Shown: piece by piece, positions 34,554 through 35,848 of the stretch | Layout: each line of letters begins with the position of its first letter | Position numbering within the stretch: position 1 is the stretch's first letter | IMG/VR virus record: IMGVR_UViG_3300049144_000147 | Span: 1 to 35,848 of that record | Direction: 5' to 3' (one strand) | DNA length: 35,848 bases | From: a virus | Taxonomy: Duplodnaviria; Caudoviricetes | Program-made: the position numbers and the translations under genes | The notes under the pieces: generated by a model | What the model was told of the DNA's origin: nothing | The model's input: the letters and a program-made list of their open reading frames with translations, nothing else | Databases searched by the model: none

Positions 34554-35848
34554 ATGAACACCCTGAACCTCCTCGACGGAATCAAGGCCACCTCGAACCC
34601 TCAGTTCGAGCGGATCGCCGAGGCTCACAAGCAGCGTCGTGCCGCCATCCGTGAGGGTGCGGATGCGCGCCTGCTGAAGATCAACCGCGCCGTCGAGTTC
34701 CTGCGCCTCAAGCGCGAGGCGGAAGTCGGCTCGCCCGTCGCGATGGGCCGTCTGCGCGAGGCCGTCTCCAGTGGCGACTTCCCGCTGCTGTTCCAGTCGA
34801 TCTCGCAGGCGTCGATGCTCGGCCAGTACGCCGAGCTGCCGCAGCAGTGGCCGACGTTCTCCGTGCGCACCACGGTGCCGGACTTCCGGCCCGCGCGCAT
34901 GGTCCGCTGGGACGCCGTCACCGGGAATTCGACCGACTACAACGGCGGCGCCGAGCGTCACGTCCGGGCCCTGCCCCGCATCCCGGAGCTGACGGAGTAC
35001 CCGACGTTCAACCTCACCACCGAGGGTACGGACTACTTCGTCAACAAGTACGGTGCGCGCTTCCCCTTCTCGTGGGAGGCGTTCATGAACGACGAGCTGC
35101 GGGTTCTCTCGCAGCTCCCGACGGAGATGGCCCGGTGGGCTCGCGACACCGAGGACGTTCTGACCACGGGTGTCCTCGCGACGTCGACCGGCCCGAACCC
35201 GGACTTCTTCAACACCACCGAGAACTTCGGCCCCGGCGCCCCGGTGGGCAACTACGTGGACGGCAACCCGCCGCTCACGCTGGACGCCCTGGAGCACGCG
35301 ATCAACCAGATCGGCATGCGCCAGGTCGCGGGTCGCCAGGTGCGTGTGCAGAACTTCGTTCTGCTCGTCCCGCCGTCTCTCGCGCTCACCGCGCAGGAGA
35401 TCGCTCAGGGCACCACGTACCTGCGGGTGCGCCAGCTCCCCGACGGCACGGAGATGCGCCAGAACGTCTCCAGCCCGGTCGCGGGCCGCTTCACGGTCGT
35501 GGAGTCCCCGTGGCTGCCGCTCATCGACTCCTCGCCGAACGCCGCGACGACCTGGTACCTGGTTCCGGCCGGTGGCCAGACCGACCGTGGCCCGGCGATC
35601 GTGACCGCGTTCCTGCGCGGGCACGAGACCCCCGAGGTCCGGGTCATGGGCGACACGGGTCGCGCGCTCGGCGGCGGCGACATCAGCGCCTTCGAGGGCT
35701 CCTTCTCGCACGACGACATCCAGTACCGCGTTCGCTCGATCATCGGCGCCGCCGGTATCGACGCGTCGGCGGTCGCGGTGTCGCTGGGTACGGGCGTGGA
35801 CAACGCGGTCCGGATGGCCTCGATCACCAGCGGTCCCTCGGTGACGGG
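34554..35848 (+). CDS. Major capsid protein (partial, runs off the window)
   Basis: RBS AAAGGAGG; MNTLNLL...LREAVSSGDFP...VPDFRP...KYGARF..SWEAFMND; open to the window end; synteny. Confidence 0.9.
   Translation, partial: MNTLNLLDGIKATSNPQFERIAEAHKQRRAAIREGADARLLKINRAVEFLRLKREAEVGSPVAMGRLREAVSSGDFPLLFQSISQASMLGQYAELPQQWPTFSVRTTVPDFRPARMVRWDAVTGNSTDYNGGAERHVRALPRIPELTEYPTFNLTTEGTDYFVNKYGARFPFSWEAFMNDELRVLSQLPTEMARWARDTEDVLTTGVLATSTGPNPDFFNTTENFGPGAPVGNYVDGNPPLTLDALEHAINQIGMRQVAGRQVRVQNFVLLVPPSLALTAQEIAQGTTYLRVRQLPDGTEMRQNVSSPVAGRFTVVESPWLPLIDSSPNAATTWYLVPAGGQTDRGPAIVTAFLRGHETPEVRVMGDTGRALGGGDISAFEGSFSHDDIQYRVRSIIGAAGIDASAVAVSLGTGVDNAVRMASITSGPSVT

Noticed and set aside
27987-35711. Long minus-strand ORFs (27987-29429, 30851-32674, 32948-33877, 34479-35711)
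   Set aside because: Typical stop-free antisense frames of high-GC genes

Overview
High-GC (roughly two-thirds G+C in coding regions) actinobacteriophage DNA, most consistent with a large Streptomyces-type tailed phage or prophage. Left to right: (1) two leftward genes (1-721) preceded by a ~0.9 kb non-coding, densely base-paired segment on the minus strand (~760-1640) that looks like a large structured RNA. (2) A ~1.7 kb non-coding control/terminus-like region with ~10 copies of a CAGGTCAGAG-type motif and a strongly purine-skewed tract ending in a G-run. (3) About 60 small accessory genes, including a stand-alone RAMA-like protein, a 619-aa coiled-coil protein with a possible RelE-like tail, a lipoprotein, ThyX, a Xer-like tyrosine recombinase with an upstream dif-like site, a protealysin-like M4 protease, an RHH protein, an HTH/TerS-like protein and a SAM methyltransferase. 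(4) The head module: terminase large subunit carrying a class 3 (Ala1, WCT) intein in its P-loop, portal, protease/scaffold, decoration protein and a partial major capsid protein. A GGCCTAGGCC palindrome recurs at six promoter regions, and many genes appear leaderless. All calls come from reading the sequence by eye; no searches or folding programs were run.
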